From the human T2T-CHM13v2.0 reference genome, Homo sapiens, in the NCBI RefSeq assembly GCF_009914755.1, contig NC_060931.1: a DNA stretch of 64,000 bases, one strand, 5' to 3'. How positions within the stretch are numbered: the stretch's first letter is position 1; the number at the start of each line of letters is the position of its first letter. This document shows, piece by piece, positions 16,950 to 30,263 of this stretch. The notes beneath the pieces were generated by a model. The model saw only the letters and a program-made list of their open reading frames with translations, was not told the origin of the DNA and searched no databases. The translations under genes were made by a program, and so were the position numbers.

Positions 16950-18405
16950 GCCCAGAAATATTCACCCATAAACATAATCAACTATTCTTTGATGAAGGAG
17001 TAGAAGAAATAATAGAGAAAAGATAGTCTTTTCAACAAGTGGTGATGGAACAACTGACATTCACATCCAAAAATTTGAATCCTGACACAAACCTTACACA
17101 CTTCACAAAAATTAACTCAAAACAGATCACAGGCCTGAATGTAAAACACAAAACTATCAAACTTATAGAAGATAATACAGGACAAAATCTAGATGACCAA
17201 GGGTTTAGATACAACCAAAGGCATAATACAAGAAAAACAGAATTAATAAGCTGTCCTTTATTAAAATTAAACATTTCTGTTCTAATAAAGACACTGTAAA
17301 GGGAGTTTCTAAAAAGCCACAAAATAGAATAAAATATTTGTAAGAGTCATATCAGTAAAGGATTGTTATGCAAAATATACAAAGAGTTCTTAAAACTCAA
17401 CAATAAGAAAACAAAGAACTGATTTAAAAAATGGCCCAAGGGTTGAACAGATATCTCATCAAATAAGCATATAAAAAGCATATGAGAAGATTCTCCCCAT
17501 TATATGTTATCATGGAAATGCAAATTAAAATGACATGAGCTATCACTACATGCCTATTAGAATGGCCAAAATCCAGAGCACTCACACCATCAAATGCTGG
17601 GGAGGATGTGAAACAACAGAATCTGATGAAAATTTGAAATGGTAGAACCACTTTGAGAGAAGTTTGGCAGTCTCTAGCAAAACTAAACATATCTTGTGAT
17701 CCAGCAATCATACTTGGCAATTACTCAAAGGAGTTGAATATACAAATGCAGACAAAAAACTGCACACAGATGTTTATAGCAACTGCATTTATAATTGCTA
17801 AAATGTAGAAGCAAACATGTCCTTCAATAGGGAAATAGATAATCTAGGTAAATCTAAACACTGGAATATTACTCATGCTAAATGGAAATGAACTATCAAG
17901 CCATAAAACAATATGCAGGAAACTTAAATGCATATTACTAAGAGAAACAAACCAATGCTATATAGCGTATGATTCTAACTATATGACATTCTGGAAAAAG
18001 CAAAACAATGAAGACAATAAAAAGACCAGTGTTTACCAGGGGTTAGAAGGGAGGGAGGGATGAATAGGCAGAGAACAGAGGATTTTTAGTGTAGTGAAAT
18101 TATTCTGCATGATACTTTAATGGTGGGTGCATGCCATGATACATTTTACCAATCCCACAGTACATGCAACACCAAAAGTGAGCCACAAACTTTGGACTTA
18201 GGGTGATAATGATGTATTCATTGTAGGTTCCTCCATTGTAGCAAATGGTCCACTGTAGTGGGAGATAATGCTAACAGGGGCGGGGTCGGGGAGAGGCTAT
18301 GCATGTGGGAAGGCAGGGAATATACGGAGAATCTCTGTACTCTCTGCTGCATTTTTCTGTGAACCTAAAACTACTCTAGAAAATAAAGTATATATTTTAA
18401 AAAAA
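16950..18405 (+). mobile_element. L1MC-like 3' fragment (ORF2 end and 3'UTR)
   Basis: ORF2-like peptide 'THFTKINSKQITGLNVK'. 3' end 'tttttctgtgaacctaaaactactctagaaaataaag'. Confidence 0.85.
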
Positions 18406-18495
18406 TAGACAAGAGACAGCACAGGACTTTGAATCTTGAGAGTAGAAAACAAATAAAGTAAGCCCTGCAATTGTCCAATTTTTTTGATTGAATAA

Positions 18496-18801
<306 letters not shown>

Positions 18802-19267
18802 TGAATGATTTTTTTAAAGCACAGACAGGAAGGGAATTCACACAGCCATGATGGTCTTGCTGAATTGAAGGGATGAAGACTAGAGTTTAGATAAACTCAA
18901 GCAGATAGAATACAGGGCAAAATATTTGTCAGAAGGTACATTCACAGTGGAAGAACGACTAAATCTGCATAGGCATTCCCTTGACTTGTGGCCAATATTT
19001 GGAAATGTGCATGTGAAGGCGAGATTCTATGTGCTCAGAAAAAGAAACTACTGAGAAAACAATCATCAAGAATTTCTAGCCACATTTCCTAGAGCTTGCA
19101 AAGTATTGAAAAATGTTAGAGATCTGATAAAACAGATTGGAGAAACCTTATTAAATACCTGGGACATTTAATAGAGAGTCCAAAAATACCTTTCTTCTTT
19201 TAGGAAGAGAAATAATCTCCTTAGGGGGAAGCTATTTTAGAGTTGTCCCATTAGTGCAAATATGCAT

Positions 19268-19308
19268 GCACATACACACACACACACAAGACACACACAC
19301 ACACACAT
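19268..19308. repeat. Interrupted (CA)n microsatellite
   Basis: cacatacacacacacacacaagacacacacacacacaca. Confidence 0.85.
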
Positions 19309-19455
19309 TATCATCGTCATTATCGAGCTAATACCAAAGTAAATTAATACTTGCCAGGAAAACCAATATTTCACATCCTTCAAAAGAAGATAATGAAAGC
19401 AAAACATAAAATATTGAAGTATAAACAATGTCCAGCATCCCATATCACATGCAAG

Positions 19456-19879
19456 TGCTATGAACTGAATGTTTGTGTGCCCTCCCCCACTTAATATGTT
19501 GAAACCCTAATCCTCAATGGGATGATATTAGTAGGTAGAGCATTTGCAAGGTAATTAGATCATAAGGGTGGCGCTCTCATGATAAGATTAGTGCCTTCCT
19601 AAGAAGAGACACAAGAGAGCTTGCCTTTTCTCTCTCTCTCTCTGTATGTGTGTGTATGTGGTGTGTGTGTATGTGGCATATGTGTCTTTTTCTCACCATG
19701 GACACGTGATAAAACAGCAAGAAATTGCCCACATGAGAAAACCAGAAAGAGAGGCCACATGAGAACATTACCATGCTGACACCCTGATGTACTTTCCAGC
19801 CTCCAGAACTGTGAGAAATAAATGTTTAAGCCATCTAGTCTATAGTGTTTTGTTTTAACAGCCCGAACTGACTAAAACA
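19456..19879 (+). mobile_element. MLT1A-like solo LTR with internal (CT)n(GT)n
   Basis: tgctatgaactgaatgtttgtgt... 'ttccagcctccagaactgtgagaaataaa'... gactaaaaca. Confidence 0.88.
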
Positions 19880-20447
19880 GAAATGCAAGAAAGCAGAAAT
19901 CTTGATCTACAATTAGAAGGAAAAAGACAAATAGAAAAAGACAAAGAAAAGAGAGAGACACTCATAGCTAGCTACCATGGACATATTTAAGATATTAAAG
20001 AAAAACATTAGCATAATGAATGGAAAGGTGGGAACTATAAATACAGAATTTCAACAACTGAAAAAATACGTATCTGAGAAGAAAAACTTACTGGACAGGC
20101 CTGGAAACAGATAGGAAACTAACAGAACAAAAATCAGTGAACTTAATGCAAGAAAAAGAGAAACTACCCAAACTGAAACAAAAAGATGTTTTTAACCCTG
20201 AAAACAATAAGCAGAGCTTTAGCGTCCTTTATAATTATATCAAATAGTCCAATATACATGTGACTTCACCTACCTAAAAGAATGAGAATAAAAAATTATT
20301 TGAAGAAATAATGACCAAAAACTTTCCAAATATGATGAAAACTCTGAACTCAGCAATCTATGAAGATCAATGGACCCTAAACAAATGAAAAACATGCATA
20401 CCACTAAGGCACATCATAATCAAAGTCCTGAAAGCCAATGATGAATG

Positions 20448-21540
20448 CATCATTGTCTGTTTACACCCTTAGCCCATTTTTTGGATGGGATTATTTTTTT
20501 CTTGATAATTTGAGTTCCTTATAGATTCTTGATTTTAGTCCTTTGTCAAATGTATAGATTGTGAAGATTTTCTCCCACTCTGTGGGCTGTTTACTCACTG
20601 TTCCTTTTACTGTGCAGAAGCTCTTTAATTAAGTCACACCTATTTATCTTTGTTTCTGTTGCATTTGCTTTTGGGTTTTTGGTCATGAAGTCTTTGCCTA
20701 AGCCAATGTCTAGAAGGATTTTCCTGTTGTTATCTTCTAGAATTTTTATATTTTTAGGTCTTAGATTTTAAGTCCTTGATCCATCTTGAGTTGTTTTTTG
20801 TATAAAGTGAGAGATGAGGATACAGTTTCATTCTCCTACATGTGGCTTGCCAATTATCCAGGCAACATTTGTTGAATGGGGTTTCCTTTCCCCACTTTTT
20901 TTGTTTGCTTTGTCAAAGATCAGTTGGCTATAAATGGATAAAGTGAAAAGGGAACACTTCTACACTGCTGGTGGGGATTTAAACTAGTACAACAACGGTG
21001 GAAAACAGCGTGGAAATTCCTTAAAGAGCTAAAAATAGAACTACCTTTTGATCCAGCAATCCCACTACTGGGTATCTACGAAGAGGAAAAGAAGTCATTA
21101 TACAAAAAAGATACTTGCGCACACATGTTTATAGCAGCACAATTTGCAATTGCAAAAATATAGAACCAAATGTCCACCAATCAACGGGTGGATAAAGAAA
21201 TTGTGGTATATATGGCATTTGCAGCAACCTGGATGGAACTAAGACTACTATTCCAAGTGAAGTATCTCAGGAATAGAAAACCAAACACTGTATTTTCTCA
21301 CCCATATGTGGAAGCTAAGCTATGAAAATGCGAAGGCGTTAAGAATGCCACTCTATGGACTTTGGGGACTCATGGGAAAGGGTGGGAAGGAGGTATAGGA
21401 TAAAAGACTACAAATTGGATTCAGTTTATACTGTTCAGGCGATGAGTGTGACAAAATATCACAAATCACCACTAAAAACTTACTCATGTAACCAACTAAC
21501 GCCTGTTTCCCCAGAACCTATGGAAATAAAAAAATTCAAA
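20448..21540 (+). mobile_element. 5'-inverted (twin-primed) L1PB-like 3' fragment
   Basis: Antisense ORF2 sequence at 20448-20935, then sense 3' end to 'agaacctatggaaataaaaaaatt'. Confidence 0.85.
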
Positions 21541-22946
21541 AATAGCCATAAAAAGACATATAACATATAGAATAGAGAAACAAAGAAAACAACACTGTGG
21601 GTTTTTCATCATAAGTGATGTAAAGAAGACAATGAAATGACATGATAAAGTGCTAAACAGAAAAAAAAATCTGTCAACCTAGAATTCCATATCTATTATA
21701 TATAATCTTGAAAAATGAAGGCAAAATAATGATACTTAACCAACAAATGCAAAACATAAAAATGTGTTGCTGGCAGTAATGCACTACCTGAAACATTACG
21801 GGAAACTTTGCAGCCTGAGGTAAATAACTCTGGAAAGAATACCAAAAGAATACAAGGAAATAAAGAGTGCCAAAGATGTGAGTAAATACAAATTTTATTT
21901 TTGCACTTTTAGTTGTTAGTATATAATTGGTCACTTAAATAGGATATTAGTGTATTCTGAAGTTTATGAAATACATAGAACTTAAACACCTGACAAAATT
22001 ATCTAAACTAATCAATTTTAAAAAGAGAACCGAATATAGCATCTAAAATAAAAGAGGAGACATAACAAATAGTAGAGAAATTAAAAGGAAAGTAAGATAA
22101 TATCACAAACAAGTTTATGACAATAGAATCTATCTAGATAAAAGGGAAAAATCTTAAAAGACACATTACATACTGAAATAAGAAAAAAAAGAAAATTCTT
22201 AGTCTATACAATTCTCTATCCATAAAATGAATTAATATTTAAGAAGCACTAGGTTTCACTAGTGAATTACATCAAATATTTTATAATGAATATTAATCTT
22301 ATACAAACAATTTTAGAAAGAAAAGAGGAAGGAATGAAGTCTAATTTTATGAGGCCCGCATTACTCTGATATGAAAACCAAAAGAAAAGGCATTACAATA
22401 AATCTACCAATAATATACCTCATAAGTATAGCCACAACATCCTAAACTAAACATTAGAAAATGTAATCTTGGACTCTATAAAAAGATTCATGATCAAATG
22501 AATTTTATAACAGGAACTCACAGTTGATTTAACATCTGAAACACAGCCACATGTTGAGCTAGAAATGTTGAATGATTAATTCAACATACGTTGAGTGATT
22601 AACCACGTTAAGTGATTAAACATGATCACAGATTAAAGGAAAAATATCGTATAATCATCTCAACAGGTAGAGCAATAACACTTGTAATAATTCACCTCTC
22701 ATTGATGACCAGCAAAAGAAAAAACAAACCTCTTAGTAAAATATTGAGAAGGAAATTTATTCATATTGATACAGAGTATTTATGAAAATCCTGAACAGAA
22801 TTGAGAACAAGACACAGATTTCTGCTTACACAACTTTGACTCAAAATTGTATTGAATGTCCTAGTGAGTTCAGTAAGGTGAGATAAATAAATACATATTT
22901 AAAAGAAAGAAATAAAACTGCCACTATTGGTAAGTACTATGACTAT

Positions 22947-23314
22947 TGTATTAGTTTGTTCTCATGCTGCTAATAAAGACATACCCAAGACTGGGTAATT
23001 TACAAAGAAAAAGAAATTTAATGGACTCACAGTTCCACATGGCTGGGGAGGCCTCACAATCATGGTGGAAGGTGGAGGAGGAGCAAAGTCATGTCTTACA
23101 CGGTGGCAGGCAAGAGAGCTTGTGTAGGAGAACTCCCCTTTATAAAACCATCAGATCTTGTGAGACTTATTCACTATCACGAGAATAGCATGGGAAAGAC
23201 CTGCCCCCATGATGTTTCAATTACCTCTTACTGGGTCCCTCCCATGACATGTGGGAATTGTGGGAGCTACAATTCAAGATGAGATTTGGGTGGGGACACA
23301 GCCAAACCATATTA
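22947..23314 (-). mobile_element. THE1/MST solo LTR
   Basis: tgtattagtttgttctcatgctgc...gccaaaccatatta. 5-bp TSD actat/actgt. Confidence 0.92.
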
Positions 23315-23318
23315 ACTG

Positions 23319-23401
23319 TATATATCAGTGTGTGTATATACATATATACACACACACACAGATAATATATATATTATTCATATATATATACACACACACA
23401 C

Positions 23402-23438
<37 letters not shown>

Positions 23439-23463
23439 GATATATATATATATATATATATAT
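23319..23463. repeat. Compound (TA)n/(CA)n microsatellite
   Basis: Read directly from the sequence. Confidence 0.95.
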
Positions 23464-24383
23464 GACTATTCTGATGAAGCAGAATAGAACATATGAAAAT
23501 AGCCCTATCTATCAATGGGGAAAGTTTAGTCTTTCTAGAAATGGTTCTGGAAGAAATGTATTTTTTGTAAAAGTAAAGGCATCTTACCCATACCTCACAA
23601 CATTCTCAAAAATTATTCACAAAAACTTTATAATAAGGTCACAGAATTAGGATAAAATTTCTAGAAATAAAATTAACATTAAATTAAAACATAAAACAAT
23701 AACATTATCAGGAGAAAATTATTATAAAGAAACAATTTCTTAACCAGGATACAAAGTCACTAAGTATAGAAGAATATAATAATAAACTGGAGTATGCCAA
23801 AATTTAAAACTGCTGCTTTTCTAAAGATAATACAAGCAAATCATACAGCATAATGCTAAATAGGATAAAATATTAACAATATGTGTAAGTTACAAAGTAT
23901 TTCTGCAGAAAATATATAAAGAACTTTACTACTCAATAATAATACAATAAAAACTACACAAAATATTTGAACAAACACTTCACATTGGATGATATACAAA
24001 TGGCCAGTAAACACAGAAAAAGATGCTCAACATCATTATGAGTCGTTAGAAATATATAAATTAATTTAGGAGAACACAAAGGGGAAAATGTGTAATTTGC
24101 AATTCCATGATTTCATAAATATCAGCTTTTCTATAGAAGTCTAACCATTCTGACGGAACAGGTCAGGACTTACTAAATGTACCTCAAGAAGTATCTCAAG
24201 CTAATATGAGAAGTGAAGGCAGAAACTGCACAACTGGCAACCAGTAAAAACTAATTCTATCTGCATTATTAACTATAGTTATTCTGTACATGAAATCCCC
24301 CAGAACTTTTTCATCTTGTAGCTGAAGTTTATACCCTTTGATCAATGCCTCCCCATTTCATCTATTCCTCAGCCTCATTGACT

Positions 24384-24428
<45 letters not shown>
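24384..24428. repeat. Perfect (GATA)11 tetranucleotide STR
   Basis: 45 uninterrupted nt of GATA repeats. Confidence 0.98.
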
Positions 24429-24429
<1 letters not shown>

Positions 24430-25501
24430 ATCCCAAGTACATCTGCTAGTCTCACTTTATCAACATGATTAAATTTAAAGGCTAATTTCTTCAGCTACCA
24501 TATTCTCTGCAAGTATAGAATTTATTTCATCAAAGTTAACCATTCACAACGACATTTGTGTATTATAGGTTACCATGTATTCCACTTTTGCTAGTGAAGT
24601 ATCTGGGTAACTAACCAAAACATATTAATAAACATGGTCAAAAATACGGAAAACCCCTTAATTAAACCCAGATCTTAAAGCATGAAAGCAAATTGTAAAT
24701 ATAATGATGTTGGTAATTTGAGATTTACATAATACTTTGAACACTTGGAAGACTGGCACCTTATCTTCCATCCATATCAGTGTTTATCATTATGTCCATT
24801 GGAAATGATGTATATTTCCTATTGATTCAGTTCAACCAAAGAAACAGAACTAATAGAAAATATATATTAACAGATTTATTACAAGAAATTATTTTGTGCT
24901 ATGCTAGTGCATAGCTAGGCAAGTACAAAATTCATATAGTAGGTAATCAAGAAGGGCAGAATGGAACTCTGCGGCACAAGCCAAAGCACATATCCACAGG
25001 CAGAAATTCTTCTTCCACGGGGAAGCCTCAGCTCTGCTCTTAAGGACTCTCAGCTAATTAAATCAGGCCCATGGAGATACACTAGATTAATCTTTCTTAC
25101 TTAAAGTCAACTGATTATGAACTGTATTCACTTCTATAAAATACCTTCTCAGTAGGTAAATAATAAGTGAGGCTGGAGCATAACCCACTTGATGCACAAA
25201 ATTTACATTCACATCCTAGTCCTTTTCACTTTAGCACCCATGCAAAAATCTTCTTAATCCATATTAATCTCTAAGTGAGGATAATAACAATGTCATAATT
25301 CTGCCTAATATAGTATAACTATCTTGTGTGCAACTAAAAAACATGAGGCAATGATTCAAAAACCTTGAGTAATGTAGACTCTTCTCTGATGATATTTAGT
25401 AATTCAAATGCTGTAATATAAAGTTAGCTATCATTTGTATATTTTATGACAAAGGAATAAGAGAGGGTAGAAAATAAAAATATTTAGCTTATATATACAA
25501 A

Positions 25502-25930
25502 CATATTAGGATTCTTCAGCGAAACAGAACCAATGGGATAAGGAGAGAAAGAGAGAGATAGAGAGAGAGAGAGAGAGATATCTTAAATAATTGGTTCATG
25601 TGATTGCAGAGCTTGGTAAGTCCAAAATCTGATGGGGCAGCCTGGAAGGCTGAAGGCCCAGGGAAGAGTTGCAGTTCAAATCCAAAGGCAGTCTACTGAT
25701 AGAATTCCTTTTAGCTCTTGGGGTGGTTACACTTTGGACATTAAGGTTTTCAGCTGATTGAGTTAACCCCACTCACATTATGGAGAGTAATCTATTTTGC
25801 TCAAAGTTCACCAACTTAAATGTTAATCTTATCTAAAAAAAAAAAGTCACAGAAATATTCAAAATAATGTCTGACTAAATAGGTGAGCATTGTGACCCAG
25901 TCAAATTTACATATAAAATTAACCATCAGA
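25502..25930 (-). mobile_element. Nested MLT2 (B/C-like) solo LTR inside the ERV-L
   Basis: 'attaggattcttcagcgaaacagaaccaat', (GA)n, end 'cataTaaaattaaccatca'. Sequence differs from the two flanking LTRs. Confidence 0.85.
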
Positions 25931-28900
25931 CATACTATTACAGTCCTCATTTTTGCAACTGACCACATAATCATAGCTGGTATTTAGAACTACCTTCTTC
26001 TACTACCCATTCAATATCCTCTTTGCTCTCAGCAATCACTATACTTAGTTGTTGTTATTTGCCTGACAGTGTGGCTCAATCTTCATTCCTGAAGGATCTG
26101 AACCATTAGAAGTTTAGTCTGAATCTGGTTTTTGCAGTTTTCCATTTACTTAATCACAGAACACGATAATCTTAAGAGATGCTTTATGGAATATCCTGTA
26201 TCCCAGACACACTGCTTCTCACTTCCATTCTATGGCAGCAACCCAATTTCCTCTTGGTATTCAGCACCAATCCACATAGCCAATTTAGTAATCCCCTTCT
26301 TTGCTTATTGTTTCAGAGGCATGAAACCCAAAGTTACTGGATGGAAGTCTATACTTTCAGTTCAATGGCCATTGGTGTTTCTCCAAAATTTCTAAACCAT
26401 CAGATGTTAAGGTGATGAAACAGAAAGTATCAATTTTGCTAACAGATCACTAGGGGTAAAAGTTTGTGGAGTCACTCTCATTTCCACCCCTTGATTCCTG
26501 GACAATAATCCTGGCTATAAGAGAAAAAGCACCATTATACTGGATGCTGATTTAGATCATATACAGTATCTTGGAGGATATTTTTCCGGCCTCACTAAGT
26601 ATTGTCCCTTAGATGGTGTTTTAAATGTCCTCAAAGTCCATTCCACTATTTTGTCAAACCAGCTGCTTATGGATGATAAGGAACATAGTAAGACTAGTAA
26701 TTTTATAAATATGGTCCCTTTGCCACACTTTACTTGCTGTGAAGTGAGTTTCTTGATCAGAAGCAATTAATACTGTGTTGAATACCTTAAAAGCAGATAA
26801 GGGATTTTGTAAACTCATGGCTAGAAGTTTTGGCAGGAACATCTTGTAAATGAAAATAAAGATCCATATTCAGAGTAAGTGTCTTTTCCAGTAAAGTCAA
26901 AGTGCTGCACCTTTCATGATGAAAGTGATCCAGTGTAATCAACCCGTTTTTAGGTAGCAGGCTCCAGGGAATGGTTCCATATCAAGGACTCAGTATTGTT
27001 CTCTACCTCTGGCAGATTGGACAGTAAAGAGTAGCTGTGGCCAGGTTGACAATGGGAGTGAAAGTCCAATTGCTTAACCCAGCATAACCTCCATTCCTAC
27101 TGCCATGGTCACTTTCTTTGTTAACCTGTTGGGCAATGGCAGGAGGGGCTGGAGAAAGAGGCTGACTAGTACCCGCAGAAGAGATAATCTTATCCACTTG
27201 TTTAATTAAGTCTACTCTTTTGAGATCATCCTTTTATGAGAATTCACACAGGACAAAATAATTCTCATTATTCGTCCATTCAGATAAGTCTATAAACATA
27301 CTTTTTCCCACGCTATCTTGGAACCAATTTACCAATCGTGCTCCTTCCAAATCCCTGACCACCTAGTCAAATAATTGATCAGAGCTTGGGAGTTAATATA
27401 GACTCTTACTTCTGACTGTTTTTTGCTTCCTAGGAAAATAAACAGTCCAGAATACTGCTTGAAGTTCTACCCCCTGGGAAGATTCTCCTTTATCACTGTT
27501 TTTCAGGAATGTTCCAGAAAGGGCCTTTAGTGCTACAGCTGTCCATTTGTAGGTGGTACCTGCATATCAAGCAGAACCAATAATAAATCAGGCCTCAGTT
27601 TTCCCTTCCTAGTCAACAGGTCACAGGAAATTATTTATGTGGGCATAGGAGTGGGCTTAGAGAAAAAAGGTAATGTAGCAGGCGTAGAGGTCATGGGTAT
27701 TTGGACCATTTTCTCATACAATTCCTTTATGCTCTCAGGATCTGCTCAGACCTGATTGTATATACCACTTTCATTTCATACTAGAGTTCTGCTGTGCACA
27801 CCCAACATTATGGTTTAGTGGGTCAGTTTGTATTAGTTCATAATGGGCAGCTCAGGTCATATGGGAACTTGGCAGCCTAGAGTTAAATGTTCAGTCTCTC
27901 CTAAGTCCTATTAGCAAGCCAAAGAGGTGTTTCTCAAGAAAGCTGTTATCCACAGAGGATAGCAAACTTTTGTTCAAAAATCATAAGAAACTGCAATGGG
28001 ATTCACCGATAGGGAACTGTCAAAGACTCCAAAGAACATCTCTATCTGTGTATGACACTGCAAGATGTTTGTTGGATTGTATGGACCAAGTGTCAGGGTA
28101 GCTTTCCCAGCAGTCTGGACATTTTGCAGAGCCTTCTTTTGTTCTGGGCTCTACTTTAAAACTCAAATAAGGAATATGTTGCTGACCAAAAAAAAAAAAA
28201 AATCCAAAAAAGGCCAACTAGGTGTTGTGCTCTTTTTCGGTTGTAGAAGAGGCCAAATGTGACAACTATCCTTAACTTTAGAAGGAACGTCTCAACACGT
28301 TTCACACCTCTGTACCCTTAAAAATATGTCTATAATACTTGATATTTCTTGCTTGCTAGTTCTAACCAGAATAATATTATCAATATAATGCCTTGATAAT
28401 ATTATTTCTTCTTTGCTTATTGTTTCAGAGGCATGAAACCCAAAGTTACTGGATGGCAGTGTAAACTTTGTTTTGTGATGTTTTGTGGAAGGCAGAAGTG
28501 ATTGTGTCCCTATGGACTAAATTATGACATAGGGTTGGAGAATTTATATTGCTGGCATTAAAAGCTCAAAACAAACTGATTTCTGGCAGTCTTTCATAAC
28601 AAGGATAAAGGAAAAGCATTTGCCTGAACAATAGCTGCATATCAGGTACCAGAGGATGCCTTAATTTGCTCAGACAATGAAAGCACGTCTGGAACAACAG
28701 CTGCAACTGGAGTCACCACTTGATTAAGTTCATATATTATCATTCTCCAAGACTTATCTCTTTTTTGCACAAGCCAGATAGATTAGTTGAATGGGGATGT
28801 GGTGAGAATCACAACCCCTACATTTTTCAAGTCCTTGGTAGTGGCATTAATCTCTGAAATCTCTTTAGAAATGTAGCATTGCTTTTTCTTTACTATTTTT

Positions 28901-29948
28901 GTACATAAAGATAGTTTGATTGTATTCCATGTGGCCATTACTACCATGATAGCTTTCATTCCACAGGTCAGGGAACCAATGTGGATATTCTGCCATTTGC
29001 TAAGTCTAACTATAACAATGATGCAGTCTAAAATGGGGAAATAACCACAGAATATGTTCAGGAACCCACTGCTTCTACGGTGAGACAGCTGCTGTAAAAC
29101 TGTTTTGATCACCAGACCTTTATAAGCCTCTGAGGTCTACCACTCTAACTGATAGACCACAGTAAAGTTTCGGATCTCTGGAAATTAGTATTTGGTCATG
29201 TGTCCCTTAACGGAAGGCTTGAAGAAGGAATACCAGATTAGATTGTTTACAGTGTAATGGGATCCTTTCTCAAGGGGATATAGCCTCTCCTTTATTCAAG
29301 GAGTTTTGTGTCTGTTAATTTCCTCCAGTCTAGAAATTTATTGAGTGGTCCTGACTCCTGCTTCTATCATACAAGTTAGTCCTCTGTTCACTTGACCTAG
29401 AACTATCCCCCTTACACAGAACTAGTGGACTACCTATTTCGTTTATAGGAACACCATGATCAACCACCCAACACCATAGGTCTCTGCAAATCAGATTAAG
29501 GATTACTGCTTTGACTTCACTGTCCATTATGACACCCATGCCCACTTTGACTTTGAAGATATTTTCTACTTGGTCTTGCCTCTGTAGGACACCATTATGC
29601 CACTGCATTTAGAGATTCTAGTTTGGCAACACGCATTCCCACTGTAATTTCTGACCTACAGACACAAGTGATCACAGAGAACTTAAAGATGCTTAGTTGC
29701 CCTCAAAAATTCATTTCTCACAGTCATGGGAAAAATTCTGGGCCTTCCCAGAGTGAATGAGCAGGTCTTCCATAATAAATCCACTCAACATTTAAATCTC
29801 CTTAAGCTTTTGTATTCCTTTCTCTATATTATACCGAATCAGTTTTGGCATTTCAACCTCATTTGGTGTAAATTACCTTTGGATTCATGTTTCAGCCAAC
29901 CAACTAAACTGTCAGGGTTCTTTCTAGCTCCTTAAAATAAAAATTGAG

Positions 29949-30263
<315 letters not shown>

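Larger units (their letters stand above)
19880..24065 (+). mobile_element. Fragmented ancient L1M (ORF1 to ORF2 remnants) hosting younger insertions
   Basis: ORF1-like at 19880-20445 and 21545-21850 ('ctgtcaacctagaattccatatc'). ORF2-like at 22050-22940 and 23470-24065. Interrupted by an L1PB and a THE1 LTR. Confidence 0.7.
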
